63,972 nucleotides of DNA, filler included, from Reclinomonas americana ATCC 50394 (GCA_048213135.1; 21 parts of 21 records of this genome joined end to end with filler, not necessarily neighbours in it), one strand, 5' to 3'. Numbered from the whole stretch's first letter, positions 12,001 to 25,700 are shown. Notes: a model not told the origin generated them from the letters alone. Made by a program: numbers and translations.

Positions 12001-15000
12001 GCGACTCGTACTGTCTGTGCAGTGCCAGCACGGTTTCGTTCTTCGTGGCTCCCTGCTCGTCGCCGATGAAGCCGTCGACGCGCTTGCCACTCAGAGTCTG
12101 TGGGGNNNNNNNNNNNNNNNNNNNNNNNNNNNNNNNNNNNNNNNNNNNNTTAATTAATTAANNNNNNNNNNNNNNNNNNNNNNNNNNNNNNNNNNNNNNN
12201 NNNNNAAGAGGGAGGAGAGGGAGAAGAGGGAGGAGAGGGAGGAGAGGGAGAAGAGGGAGAAGAGGGAGAAGAGGGAGAAGAGGGAGAAGAGAGGGGGAGG
12301 GGAGGGGATGAGGGAAAGACAAGCATGACAAGAGTATGTGATGAGGAAGAAAATGGAGCAGGGCGAAAGGGAAAGAAGCGCAAGGGAGAGAGGCAAGGAA
12401 AAGAAAGGAGAGAGAGCGAAGAATCGGAGAAAGTCGAGAGGATATGTAGAGATGCAAGGAAAACAAGATGTGAGAGCAAAGACGAGAGAGGAACAATGTG
12501 AGGAGAGGAAGAAAAGAACGGGAGAGAGGACAAGACGAGCGGTGGAAGACGACGAGAAGGGAAATGGAGTACGGCGCAGAGTAAGAGAAGAACGAAAAGG
12601 GAGAAAAGGGGAGACAAGGAAGACGAAGCGAGTAGCATGACGAGAGAAACTTGATACGAGAGAGAGAACAGACGTGCGTCGCAGGGGGAAAGAGAACGAT
12701 CAGTGACACTTCTACTCACCGCCACCAACTCGTACAAGCCACGGCCGTTGCCCGAGGTAAAGTCGGCGATAATGTCGTGCACGGGGGACTTGGTGGCGCA
12801 GGCGTTGAGGTAGTTGCGCAGACGCGTCAAGGAGCTCTTGGAGAACACCTTGCGACTGTGCGGCAAGACAAAATGAGAAAAGAGACGAGGACGAGTCCCG
12901 TTGGCACTTGCGACTAACCGTTGGCGCTCAGACTGCGCGTACGTGGAGCTGCCACTCTCGCTCGCACCAAAGCTGTGCATGCTCATGCGTCCAGAGAACG
13001 ACTCATCGTCGTCGGGTTTCTGCAGCAGCAGCATCACTCGATCAGCACACACACACACATCGTCAGTGGAGGGAGCACCCACAAACCTCCAAGCGCTCGG
13101 TCAGCAAAATCGGATCGTTCGGATCGGCCGGCACCGCCAGTCGATGCGTGGTGCGATTGCTCGTGAGGAACGGGAAATTCGTCAGCAAGCAGTTGTCGGC
13201 CGTGCCCGTGATCGGCAGCGAGAATCGGTTGCCGTCCGTGTCGAAAAAGTCCACCATGGCCGTGAAGCTCATGGGCTTGGTCGACTTGAAGGTGACATGC
13301 ACCGGCACACTCTTCTTGGCACGTGAGACCACCTGACCCTCGGGGAACTCGAGCGACAGTGGCACATGCTCCGTGTCAGCAGGCAGTCGGTACCGCAGTT
13401 CCAGGTTCTCGTATCCTGGATTCAGAAAGCACCAAAAGTGAGTGTGAAGCGCAAGATGGTTTTCTACAAAGCACACACACACACACCCTCGTTGATGACA
13501 CAGAATGTGCCGGAGCACGGAACGCCGAGGGGCACCACCGGCAGCACCAGCTCACGGAGATCGAATGTCAGCATGGGGAAGATGCCGCGACCCTTGACCG
13601 TCAGCTCAATGTACGCCTCCTCCACGTTGCCGTCGAGGTGCAGTGGGATGAATGCCTGGTACGCACGAGTCTCGCGGGGAATGAAGGTCACCTGCGGGTG
13701 ATTGGATTAGAGACAAGGGAAAGACAGAAAGGCAAGTTGCACGAATCAAAAACACACCGACACATCGACCGACTGAGCAACGGCGAGCTGGCCACTGGCC
13801 GGGTGCACGCGGAAGAACTCGGCGTCAGCATTCTCTGAAAAGTCACCAAACTCCCACAAGAGCGCCCTCTCGTCGTCGTTGGTGAGGGTGATGATCATGG
13901 TCGGCGGCTGATCGGCATCCCGCTGCAGCACGACACGGTTGCGGAAATCGCACTCGGTCTGCGAGAGCGAGATGCGCGCATGCAGGCCCTTGGCGCGTAC
14001 GCGGCGGCGGAGTTGCACCACGGACGATGCAATGCCCGCCAGCGTGAGCGGCAGATCAAAGTCGTGCTCCGATTCCTGTGCGTGCGGAAGGGTGGGGTGA
14101 GTGCATGCCAATCGAGACCGTTGCGTGAGCGAGGTGAGTACCTCGGTGGGCGCAAACGACAACAGGCATTCCAGCTGGCGTCTGGGGGGCACCACCAAGC
14201 GGTACCGCGGTCCCTGCAGATCCGACATTGGGTCCTCGTCCTCGCTCAACTCGTCCTCCTCCTCGTCCGAATTGACCTCCAGCAAGCCCACATCGCCTTC
14301 CTCTGCAACAGAGTGTGAGGAAAAGCAACGCGCACCAACACCGGCAACGAATCGCGCTCACCGTGCGAAGTGACGAGAGTGATTGGACCATCGGCGCTGT
14401 CATCGATCGCATCGCCCTCCTGCGTCAGCAACGAGTACTCCATGTAGTCGCCAAAATCAATGTACAGCGTGGCGCTGAAGGAGCTCTTGTTGGTGAACGA
14501 CAGCGGCAGAGTGGCGTTGGAGCCAATGTACACGGCTGTGTGGTAAAGATAAAAGCCACCAGAAATCAGTAACACTGCGGGAGAAGCGCCATCCTTGACA
14601 AACAGAAGAGAACGCACATCCGAAATCCAGCGGATCCTGCGCCGACTCCACCTGCGGGATCTGTGCCTCGGCACGCACCGGCATGCGGATCGACTTGCCA
14701 CCACGAATGTGGATAAAGATAAACGAATCGTAGATTTGTGGCATCGGCGGCTTGAGGGTGATGGTGAACTCTTGCGTCGACTCGATGTTGACACGTCCAC
14801 GCACTGGTGCCACAATAATGCCCGAGATGGGCGGCTCCACCCAGAACACGGCCGGGTTCTCGCCAATGTTGCGCACCAGCACCTTTTTCTCCTTTTGCAA
14901 GCCTGCCAGTCACAAGGAAAGTGAGAGTCACACACAGACACGCACACACACATATGCACGCGCACTCTTCTCTCCCTCTCACTCACTCACTTACACACAC

Positions 15001-15078
15001 ACGCACTCTGTCACACAATCACTCACACACACTCACTCGCTCACTAACACACACACACACACACACACTGACTAATTA

Positions 15079-15119
<41 letters not shown>

Positions 15120-18100
15120 ATTCCACAAACCGACAGCCACCACGCCGAAATCAATGCGCTTCTCCTTGAACTCGAGCTTGGCCTCGGGCACCGAGCCAGT
15201 GCAGCGCAGAATCTTGTCGTTGCCGCCCTCCACTTGCATCACCAGCGGCACGTCAGCCTCGGTGGTCGACCCCGGTCGATACGACACCACCAGTGAGCAG
15301 CGCTCGTCCGGCTCCAGAGTGCCCTCCATCGGCTCCACTGTGAACAGGGAGTTGGCCGGCGGCTCTACAAAGTGCCAGCGCGCCGTGGTGTTGGCCACGT
15401 TTTGCACCACCACGCTCTCGGTGGTGAACGGGTCGAGCACCATGTCGTTGAAGCGGAAGGCCAGGTGGTCTTTCGAGAAGCGAAGCTCGATGGGAACGAC
15501 CTGGGAAGGGGGAAGAGAGAGGGGAAGGGGTGAGAGGGGGAAGAGATGGGGNNNNNNNNNNNNNNNNNNNNNNNNNNNNNNNNNNNNNNNNNNNNTTAAT
15601 TAATTAANNNNNNNNNNNNNNNNNNNNNNNNNNNNNNNNNNNNNNNNNNNNAAGAGAGGGGGAAGAGAGGGGGAAGAGAGGGGGAAGAGAGGGGAAGAGA
15701 GGGAGAGACGGGAAAGAGAAGGGGGAAGAGAAGGGGAAGAGAGCGAAGGGGAAAACGAAGGGGTGAAGAATGAAGAGGGAAGAGAGGGGCAGAGAGATGG
15801 TGAACGAAAGAGAGAGAGAAAATGATGGAAGATGGAAACAAGTGAAAGAACGAGGGTGAAGGTGGGCGAGTGAATATGCTCACTCACCTCCGCGTACACC
15901 AACAGCTTCATGGTGTGGTACTCGTTAATGGTGAAGAACACCGTCGTCTGGAAGTTCTCCGGCGTCTCGGCGTACAAGTGAATGTCGAACGCGGCAGTGG
16001 CACCAGCCGGAATCACCTGGCTTGGCGGGCCACTCTGGTTCAGCTCCTGGCGACCGTCTTGGAATGGGAAGCGGGCAATGACGATCTGGCCGAGGTCATT
16101 GGAGACGTAGAAGCTCTTGACGTTGTGCGAGAAGACGCTGACGCGGCCAAAGTCGAGCACGCGAGGGCCTGCAAATACGGGGGGAAGGGGATTGAGAAAC
16201 AAGGAAAGAGAAGAGGAATAGGAGAAGAAAATGAGAGACGTCGACTCACCAGTGACCACATTCAGCAACTGCTTCGGCGTCAACTCGAGCTTGCACTCGC
16301 GCATCTCGGTCGGCGTGTGCGGCTCGCGCTTGAATTTCTTCTTGACGATGCGGTTCTCGTCGTGCACATGTGTCTTCTTCTTCACCGACTGCGAGGCCAG
16401 CAGGCTCTCCGAGGCCAGCACGCCCGCAATTGGCTTGTCCAAGAACACCGGTGGGTACTCGTCGATGCGAATGTCGAGGCGCGGACTGCGCAAGCCGCTG
16501 GCAGGCTCCATGCCCAGGTCCGTGTCGTTCTCGTACTTGCTCACCAGCTCCCTCTCGCGCTGCGCGCGTACCTTTTCAGGCGACGGGCCACTGCGGATGA
16601 ACGAGTTGTAGTGCTGTTCGTGCTCCTTGCGTGCGACCAACTGCGTGAGCGCCACTTTCTCGGCCTCGGCCTCCTCCGGGGCGCGCATCGACGCACTGAG
16701 AATGTCGCTGGCGGCACGCACTACATAGACACACAGAGTCAGTCGAAGTGGAAACACAAGAAAGAAACCTCTTCCCTTCGCAGAGGACGCAACGTGGCGA
16801 CTGTCGCACAAACGGCCTCTTGGCGGTGGCGGTGGTGGTGCGGAACTGCGCTGGCTGCAAAAAGTTGAGCTTGGGCTGGAAATCCTCCGGCACCTTGTCG
16901 GGTCCGCCCACGAGTTTGCGTCGCTGGCCGACCTCCTCACAGGTGCCGGAGACGCGCAGCGGGAGCACCACGGTGCCGTCGCAGATGCGCAGTTCCAGGG
17001 TGCCGGTGAAGCGGCCGAGCTGGGAGGGGGGGAAGGAGAAGGGTGAGGGGAAGGGGAAGGGGAAGGGGGAGAGAAGGGGGAGGGGAAGAGGAGANNNNNN
17101 NNNNNNNNNNNNNNNNNNNNNNNNNNNNNNNNNNNNNNTTAATTAATTAANNNNNNNNNNNNNNNNNNNNNNNNNNNNNNNNNNNNNNNNNNNNCTCCAC
17201 GTGCGCCGGCACCACCTGCGCGCTCACGTCGAGCAGCCGCGACGGTGCACCCTCCAAATCCACCTGGCAGATGCAGCGCAAAATGCCGAGCTCCGACGGG
17301 TTGATCTCCACCGCCACTGTCGTCTCGCTGTTGGCCTTGACGACGCCAGTCGGCGGCTTGATGCGCACCGGCAAGTCGTCGTCGTACAGAAAGGTGAAAC
17401 GGCCGTCGCGTGAGCCGCGGTTGCGAATGCACACTTCGCGACGGGCCATTTGCTCCGGTACGACCACCCCGAAATCGGTGACAGTGTCCAACTCGTAGTG
17501 CGGGGCGGGCATGGTGCCGGAGAGTGGGATCTCCACCTGGCCCTCCTCGACTTGCACGAGGAGGCGGTCGTACATGTCTTGTTCCTCGGTGCATTTGAAT
17601 TCGAGGGTGATGCGCTCCTCCATGCCTGTGGGGGGATGAGGGGGAAGGGATGAGGGGAAAGGACGGGGAAGGGAAAGGGGGGAAGGGAGAATGAGGGAGA
17701 AGGGGATGAGGGAGAAGGGAGGAGGGAGAAGAGCAAGAGGGGGAAGGGAAAGGGGAGAAGGGATGAGAAGAAGAAGGGAGGAGAGGAAGAAGGGAAAGGG
17801 GAGAAGGGTTGAGGGCAAGAGGGAAAGAGGGGGGAGGGAGAAGGAGACAAGTCGGGAGAGAGGATGTGCTGAGGATAGAGAGAAGCACGAGAAGAAGAGA
17901 CACGAGAGCATAGGTGGAGATAGAAAGTGAAAAGGAAATGGGAGAAGGGCAAGAGGGAGAAGGGAAGAGAGTGAAAACGGAAATGGGAGAAGGGCAACAG
18001 GGAGAAGGGAAGAAAGGGAGAAAGAATAGAGGGAGAAGGGAAAGGGGGGAATGGAGAAGGCGTGGGCCTGACGAGAGAAATGAAAGAGCGTACACACCTG

Positions 18101-18242
18101 GAGCAATGATCTTGCTGGCCGTTCCCTTCACCGAAAAGTAGCGAGTGATTGGGTTGAAGAGGCGGTAGCGCAGCGGCTTGCCGCTGATGTTCTGCACCAG
18201 TAGGGTGGTCGAGTAGGTCCTGCCGACTTCCACGTCTTGGAA
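6087..18242 (-). CDS. CFAP47: Cilia- and flagella-associated protein 47 (Ig-like/ASH repeats plus CH domain); about 30 exons across three gaps, extreme 5' end missing
   Basis: Frame-consistent spliced exons contain FQDVEVGRTY...IAPGMEERI, GPRVLDFGRVSVFS, VDFFDTDGNRFSLPITGTADNCLLT, the CH domain ENVLLTWMTHHF...VTNFDTDLRDCTVFAALFVSHVP, GSITFTNEVVGEFWYNL, LLLRKQSGGVWRF, and the C-terminal KYGKPLVGNLVIDTDEMQWRYEVRGQLPQYKAP. Confidence 0.92.
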
Positions 18243-18402
18243 CTGAGGAGGCGGAGAAGAGCAGGTGAGCAATGATCACAAAAGTAGAAGGTGCGTGTGT
18301 GAGAGATGTGCATGCAGCGATCCAAAGCGACTATCGGGGACAACAGTTAAGTCTGCACTCACGGCATTCTCGTACACACAGAGAGAAAGAGCAAGAGTGC
18401 GT

Positions 18403-18516
<114 letters not shown>

Positions 18517-18621
18517 NNNNNNNNNNNNNNNNNNNNNNNNNNNNNNNNNNNNNNNNNNNNTTAATTAATTAANNNNNNNNNNNNNNNNNNNNNNNNNNNN
18601 NNNNNNNNNNNNNNNNCCCCT

Positions 18622-18815
18622 TGTCACAGGCTTCGCACACTCCCCCCCTTGATTGCCTTATATGAGGTCTCCCATTGCAAGGGTCAAGGGTAACGGGTTA
18701 AGGATCACGTACCCGAGGGTCAAGAACAAAGGGTCAAGGAGCAGAAGCTATGAAAAGCATATATAAGGGGGGTATAAATGGCATGTAAGGGGGGGAGTGT
18801 GCGAAGCACGTAACA
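18622..18815. mobile_element. 194-bp element with a perfect 21-bp inverted repeat (MITE-like, or a solo LTR with TG...CA ends)
   Basis: gcttcgcacactccccccctt (18630-18650) is the exact reverse complement of 18787-18807. The outer ends read TGTCAC...GTAACA. ccttg occurs at 18619-18623 and 18816-18820. Confidence 0.5.
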
Positions 18816-18874
18816 CCTTGCTGCAAAGTGCGGATTGGTGTCCCTGAGTCCCCGAAGTCTCTGCGGAGATGCGA

Positions 18875-19563
18875 GTGACGGACTGCATGCCACCGACCGT
18901 CGTCACACTGCCGCCGCCGGAAGCTGATCAGGGTGAATGAGCTGACGGTCACAGACTGCATGCCGCCAACCGCCGGCACACTGCCGCCGCCGGAAGCTGA
19001 TCAAGGTGAACGAGCTGATGGTCACAGACTGCATGCCACCAACCGTCGTCACACTGCCGCCGCCGGAAGCTGATCAAGGTGAACGAGCTGACGGTCACAG
19101 ACTGCATGTCATCACACTGCCGCCGCCGGAAGCTGATCAAGGTGAACGAGCTGACGGTCACAGACTGCATGCCACCAACCGTCGTCACACTGCCGCCGCC
19201 GCGAACTGATCAAGGTGAATGAGCTGACAGTCACAGACTGCATGCCACCAACCGTCGTCACACTGCCGCCGCCGCGAACTGATCAAGGTGAACGAGCTGT
19301 CGGTCACAGACTGCATGCCACCAACCGTCGTCACACTGCCGCCGCCGGAAGCTGATCAAGGTGAACGAGCTGACGGTCACGGACTGCATGCCACCAACCG
19401 TCGTCACACTGCCGCAAACAGATCAAGGTGGACGAGCTGACGGTCACAGACTGCATGCCACCAACCGTCGTCACACTGCCGCCGCCGGAAGCTGATCAAG
19501 GTGAACGAGCTGACAGTCACAGACTGCATGCCACCAACCGTCGTCACACCGCCGCAAGCTGAT
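18875..19563. repeat. Minisatellite of about 9 copies of a 73-bp unit
   Basis: Unit gacggtcacagactgcatgccaccaaccgtcgtcacactgccgccgccggaagctgatcaaggtgaacgagct, with starts at 18944 and 19017 (period 73); some copies are shortened. The period is not a multiple of 3. Confidence 0.92.
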
Positions 19564-19647
19564 CTGCAACACTCGGCGGTGGATCGTTGATGGTGGCCGT
19601 CGATCTGTCCACCCGGTGGCAGAGGAGGAAGAGCAAGAAGCCCACAG

Positions 19648-19893
19648 TTACGTCGTTGACGTACGCTGGACAGTGAACAGGCGAGTGTGACGCCCAGACA
19701 CGTTGCAGGAAATCGTTGTTGAGGTCAGCCGAAGATCGCGCGCACACAGAAGACTTGCAGGGCAGCCGAGAGTGACGCATGCGACACAATAGAAGGAGTT
19801 GCCGACCCGGGTGCGACACCTGATGCGCGCGGCCCTCATCGGTTGAAGTCTGAGTACAGCTGTCCTCCATAGTAGCACTGCGTGCGGGCTCAC
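19648..19893 (-). pseudogene. Possible WRKY/FAR1-like zinc-finger remnant, as found in Mutator-type transposases
   Basis: FYCVACVTLGCPASLLCARD...ISCNVSGRHTR resembles the C-x4-C...V-x-G-x-H-x-H pattern with the last His lost. Short and isolated. Confidence 0.3.
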
Positions 19894-20935
19894 AACTGTC
19901 AGCGGATTGCACGCTCGCAGCGAGGCGGTAGAGATCGTGTGTGCGTGCGTGTACTATCGCAAGCGTATTCGCACCTTATTGTGCGGGCAATCGGGATCAA
20001 GTAGCGTCGTCCGCCGATAAGCTCCGGGCAGGTAGAGTGTGCAGCCCCCGTAAGGAGACGTACCGGCAAAGTCAGGCCAACACAAGCCTCCAGCGACGGA
20101 GAAACATGGCGAGTCGTGAGACTGTGGTGGCTTGCAGTGGACGGCCTGGGGTGTGTCGGTGAGAGTTGTATGAAACAGCCANNNNNNNNNNNNNNNNNNN
20201 NNNNNNNNNNNNNNNNNNNNNNNNNTTAATTAATTAANNNNNNNNNNNNNNNNNNNNNNNNNNNNNNNNNNNNNNNNNNNNTGGTTGTGTTGCAGTGGAC
20301 GAATGCCGGGAGGTCGGCCTCAGTCCACTATGACGAGGTTGCATCACCGCAAGACGCTTCTCCACACCTGCAGTGCGGAGCACATTGTGTTGGCGTTGGT
20401 CATCGTTCAGTGACTGCTGGCGTGAGCGAATAGCCGCCATTGGATCGCACACGTACCACTCATGCAGGCCATCTGTTTGCTCGCCCAGTGGCGTGCACTG
20501 AGTTGAGTTTTCCGCGCGAGTTGAGTCGCGCACATTGCGCTGCGGCGAGAAAGCTGGGTGAGTAATTCGAGATTGGCAGGTGACTGTGGCCGTGCGACGA
20601 ACCAGGCTTCTCGTTGGAGTCGGGCTGCCTGGCACACGCGTAACTAGCAGTATCACCTGGCTCTCGGTCAATGTTGAGTTGTGGCAGAGCGTGCGCATCA
20701 CAGAGCACCAGCCAACTCTGTGAGAAGTCAAGGTGATCAATGTGAGATTGATTGATGAACACGTGAGGATCTTGGTGCATGCATTTGCTTGTGCGTGTGA
20801 GTGTAAGAAATGCATGGAGAGAGAAAGAGAGAGGGAGAGGGAGGGAGAGAGAGGGAGGGAGAGACAGTGAAAGAGTGCGTGCGTGAGTGAGTTGCTCTTT
20901 GATTGGGAACGCACCACCTGTTGAGCATGACCGAG

Positions 20936-20969
<34 letters not shown>

Positions 20970-21678
20970 ACCACTTGTGGCCTCTCGTGTACCTCTTGGT
21001 CAGCATGGGGACGGCCATGCAGTCGCCTCCAGCGTCTTGGTTTGATCACGAGCTGAAGAGCCACTCCTGCACGAGAGATCGGCTCACGGAAACAGAGTTC
21101 ACCCGCAGCTGTGGGACTGGATGAAGAAGCAACAAGATGCGCACACGTGGGGCAAGCAGGAAACACAGACGGCCACAGGCAGAAGAAGGAAACCTGTCAT
21201 CCGGAGAAATCGTGAAAAATGAACTTTCGTGACAGGTTGCACCTCCATTCCCGGCGGATTTCAGTAATATGCTTCCTGTGCCCGATGCCCAGGTCCGTTC
21301 AGCGTGCCAGCTCACCATTCGATGGCCACAGACCTGCTCTACCGAATGCCGATCATAAACAGCGGGTTACTTTCAACTTCCATCGAGCTAGAGGCTTCAC
21401 GAAATTTGGACCAAAAACCCGCCTGGGGACCCCGTATGCCGGGTTCCGTAATTCCCCCGGTCAGTCCGATCCTGCTGCCCGTTCACCCGTCATCCACACA
21501 CCCGGCGGGTGCAATGGCTGGGTGGACAATTGCGCTCGCACTGCACACAGGCAGGCAGGCAAGCTTAAGCACGGATACGCACACACACTCGGCCGCAGGC
21601 GGGGGGTTTTATTGAAGACCCTTAACAAGCGATGTCCAGGTGAAGCATGGCATGACTAGCCATCAGAGCGCAGAGTTG

Positions 21679-22784
21679 CTACTTGTCGTGGTGCTTGTCG
21701 AGCTTGAGATTTTGCATCTGCGCTACCACATCGCCCATGGCCGCTCCGCGACCACCAGCTCCGCGACCGCCAGCTCCACCACCGCTAGCTCCACCACCGC
21801 TAGCTCCACCACCGCCAGCTCCGCGACCGCCAGCTCCACCACCGCCAGCTCCGCGACCGCCAGCTCCACCACCGCCAGCTCCACCACCGCCAGCTCCACC
21901 ACCGCCAGCTCCACCACCGCCAGCTCCGCGACCGCCAGCTCCACCACCGCCAGCTCCGCGACCGCCACCTCCGCGACCGCCACCTCCGCCACCGTCGCCA
22001 ATTGCAATCGGCGGCGCCGGCGGGACCAACTTGAACGCAACATACACAACCTGTGCATCGTGATCCGGTGCCGTATTTCCACCTCCCACACCGTCGAATT
22101 CGTAATGGACATTCGCGTCATCAGCGACAAACTTGGCCGTGAGCGTGGCCTCCAGGCACTGCACATACTCTAGAGCGCGGGCACCAGCTGCTGCACCGGC
22201 AACGCGCGGAAATACTCGAAGTGGAATGGTGGCATCGGTAACAGCAAGCACCACCACGACGCCAGAGTACCCTCGACGCAGATACTTATCGCTGAAGCGA
22301 TTCCTGGGGCCATTGATGTTGGCCGGGTTGTGGGGATATCCAGCCGGTGCATGCGCTGGAGTCCACGCCCACGTCTGCGGATTATTTACGTCAAAGACTG
22401 CAGCTGCGCAGCGGCCGCGGGCCGAATAAATTGGGCAAGATGTACCAACTAAATAGATTTAAAGCAAGCACAGTGTTACACACCACCTCTGCCGTTCAAA
22501 TATGTTCGTCCGATCATGAATTTGTCGATAGCTCGGCCAGAGTGCGCCGTGGCGTCCAAAAGGACTTGCGCGACAGTGGCATAGACCGCTTGGACCTCGC
22601 CATTGTAGTTGCCGGCAGCAGCCACGGCAGCGTTGCAAATGCCGACATACGTAGCATCAAAGAAAACTCTGTGCGATAGGATGTCGTTGGCAAAGCTGTC
22701 ACTAGTGAGAGCCCTAGTGGTATAATGGGTGAATGAACACAGCGATACGCAGGGGAACGAGATTGCATTCATAATCACTTACAT
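21679..22784 (-). CDS. GIY-YIG-like nuclease-fold protein with a Gly-rich C-terminal tail
   Basis: Exons 22784-22783, 22713-22484 and 22448-21679 splice (GT-AG) into one open frame: MALTSDSF...SGRAIDKFMIGRTY...FDVNNPQTW...GPRNRFSDKY...GYSGVVVVLAVT...EYVQCLEATL...GGGN...VVYVAFK, then (GGGGA/GGRGA)n. Confidence 0.55.
21745..21995. repeat. 15-bp coding minisatellite (accgccagctccacc / accgccagctccgcg) encoding the Gly-rich tail
   Basis: About 16 tandem 15-mers directly visible; they read GGGGA/GGRGA on the minus strand. Confidence 0.9.
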
Positions 22785-25700
22785 TTTCTGACGCTCGTGC
22801 GGAACCGGTACCGGTGTATGCTAGCGCTCTCGCTCGCTGCGGTACGAACAAACAATCAAAAGCTTCGCAGGCGCCAAGGGCGAAAAACACATGCACGAAT
22901 CTGCGGTAGAAATGCACTGAAAACGCGACAGATACGCATGGAAACTGCGAGTTAGTCATTGACGAGTGCGTTTCCGACGTCGCAACGACCGCTGCGCATG
23001 CGCAGCACATCATCCGATCCCTCTTGTAGGCTACTCAGTGGGTAACGTATTGTACGTGCACACGGCATCCTGTTTGGTGTGCAAGGCCCTCGAGCTCTCT
23101 CTATACTTCGATACCATCATTACCCTCACTGTGAGTCACAGTGTCTGTGAGCATGATGAGTGCGACCAAAAAAATCAGAAGAAGAGATCGCGCTGCGCTG
23201 CGCTGCGATCGAACGAATTCGAAATGCTGCACATGCGCGGCGTACGCGTCCCCCACCAAGTCAATAACTCGCCGCATTGTTGTTTGTTATTGTTAACGAT
23301 GTTGTTGTTGAGGTGAGCCCGCTTCCGCACACCACCGCACTCGATGCTGAACTGAACAGAGTCGACAACGTCGGTCAGCCACCACAACAGAAAACCAGAC
23401 TTGGCGATGAACAAGACAAGCAAGGGTGTCAAGACTGCCAGTATGATGATCAACTGCAACGGGCCTGAAGGCTTTGGTGTCACGCCGCTCAACCAGCACA
23501 ACGACGCCATGCGAATGAGCCACGTGCACTCTGCAGCTGTCTACATGATGGAAAAGGCCGCACCCAAGAGCCGGGCCATATACACCCCCACCGGCGCTTT
23601 CCTTGGGACGGTGTGTCCCGGTCAAAGCGGACCCGCAGACCACCGTCACGGTGAATTCCGGGCAAATCTAATCGGCCACGGTGTGTTGCGGGCGAAGAAA
23701 AACAGTTGACCGTCGGCGTCGACAGTTGGGTCTGTTCAGATAAGCGCGGGCTGTGCCGGCACCGGCATCGCGGCCTGTGCACACACCGCCTCGGCTTTGG
23801 CCAACCGCCCGATGCCGCCCAATGCCGCCGTCTCCACCGCACTGCACCGCGCGGCACCGATGCAAAACGAGACCACTTGCACCGTCTTTGGAGCCTCGTG
23901 TGCGTGTGCCCACTCAATAAACTCCCACGACCCGCGGGCCACACATTCTGTGTCATGGCAATACTTGTGTGACGTGCATGCAGTGAAGCATCTGAGTGGC
24001 GCACAGTGCGTTTGCGTTCTGGTGGCGACGCTGTTTTGCCGTGGAGATGATGAAACAAGCACGGGGAGCGCCCCGTGTGACTGTCTTTTTCTTCCATCCG
24101 TGTGCATGTGCGTGCGTTGCCGTGCGTGCTGGTTCACGAGTGAGACAAACAAGAACACAGTTGTCCCTCGCGAGTGCGGGCCCTCAACAAGTCGTTTGAT
24201 CTGCGCGCGCGACGGCAGTTCTTGTGGTCTCTCTCTGCTCATGCTTTGTGTGTCTGACTGTGTGGCGTCGTTCGTGCCGTCTTGATCACTGCTGTGATCT
24301 CAAGCACTTTGTGGTTGGTGAGTGAGCGTTTCGCGCGCGCGGGAAAAGTGTTGTTGTCGCTTGTGCTCTCACCAGCCTGTGTGCGTCTGCACAGGTTTCA
24401 AGCGCAACAAAGTCAGTGTGGCAACTTGCGCGGGTGTGTCGCGTCTGAGATGGTGCGTGTGTGTCTCTGTATGGGTGTGTGTGTGTTTGAGCTTTTCCCG
24501 CCCACTTCTGCGCGACTCGCCAAGGCCCTCCTCTCTCTCTCTGTGGCGACCACATTGGCCCGTGTGTTGACACTGACGTACCCATGCAGATGATTTCTTG
24601 GAGTGCGATAGTGACTGTCTGTGATCCTCTTGGCTGCGTGTTCACTGTGTGACGGCCATGCTGTGCTTCTCATCAGCACGAATCCGCTATCCGTGAACTG
24701 CGGGCCCTGTGTTCGACTCGTTGACGCACTCGTTGTTGCAGTTCCTACGCCCGCTGCCGCTGCTGTACTTCTGCATCTGTTGACGCTGTTGTTTTCCCTC
24801 TCCACACCATCGTTCTGTTTGCCATCGGTGGCCTCACTGTGCATGTCTTGGCGGCTGTGTCTGTTAATGGACTTGTGTCAAGCTCTCGCGGCCTCTGTTC
24901 TTGCAAGTCACGGTGTCGCTCACTGCCACTCACGCCGATCCGCTCAGCCGCTGGCAAGCTTGTCTCTCTTGATTGTGCCGTGGTGGAGCTGTGATACAGT
25001 GTCTGGCGACTTGGGCTGTGGCTGGTGGCTGACAGTTGGCGTTTGTGATCACTCTGTGGGTGTTGCCCGATGAATGCAGGTCTCCAGCTTTGGCGGTGTG
25101 TTCATGATTCGTTCTCTTGTTTTGTGAGTGGTGTGCTGTGGACGCTGAGGATTCGTGCTGTATCACTGTTGTGTCGGTTGTCTACAATGTGCGCCTTCAA
25201 CTTTGACGGTGTATGATGTCGGTCTCGGCGATGTGGACGTGTGCGGATCTGAGTGGGAGGGAACTGGATTGCTCAAGTTTGGCGCACTGTGATTGATTTT
25301 GTGGTGGAGCGCCTCTGTTGGAGGACTGATACTCTGCGCGCATTGTGTCTCGGACTTTGCAGTTTTTACTCGATCTTCTTTGTGCGAGCACAGTCAGAGT
25401 TGTCAGTGAAACTTGCGTGTTGAAACCTGTGGGGGGAAAGTGAGGTGGTGGGGTAGTAGGGGGTAGGCAGAGCGGAGAGTGGTGGGTACGGCGCGCGGGC
25501 CGCGCGAACCCAAAAGGAGCCCGCCGCGGCTTTGTGGCGGTGCCGAATCACACCGATTCTCGCGGTCCGTGGCGGGCCGTCATTTTCTTTGCCTTTTCTG
25601 GCGACCACCGTGGCGGTGTTGAAACAGCTAAGTGGGTTCGCGAAGTGAGGCGGTGCCGGGACAAGTTATTCACGGCATTGGCACAACAAACGGAGTCATT

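Noticed and set aside
18875..19563. Possible CRISPR-like array
   Set aside because: Units are contiguous near-identical 73-mers with no unique spacers, there are no cas genes, and the context is eukaryotic.
21640..22173. Overlapping Ser/Thr-, Pro- and VAELA-repeat ORFs
   Set aside because: Alternative frames of the 15-bp repeat; only the minus-strand Gly-rich frame joins a complex spliced domain.
23150..25500. Several 100-200 aa ORFs in the middle of the island
   Set aside because: No motif, codon bias or consistent splice chain that I could support.
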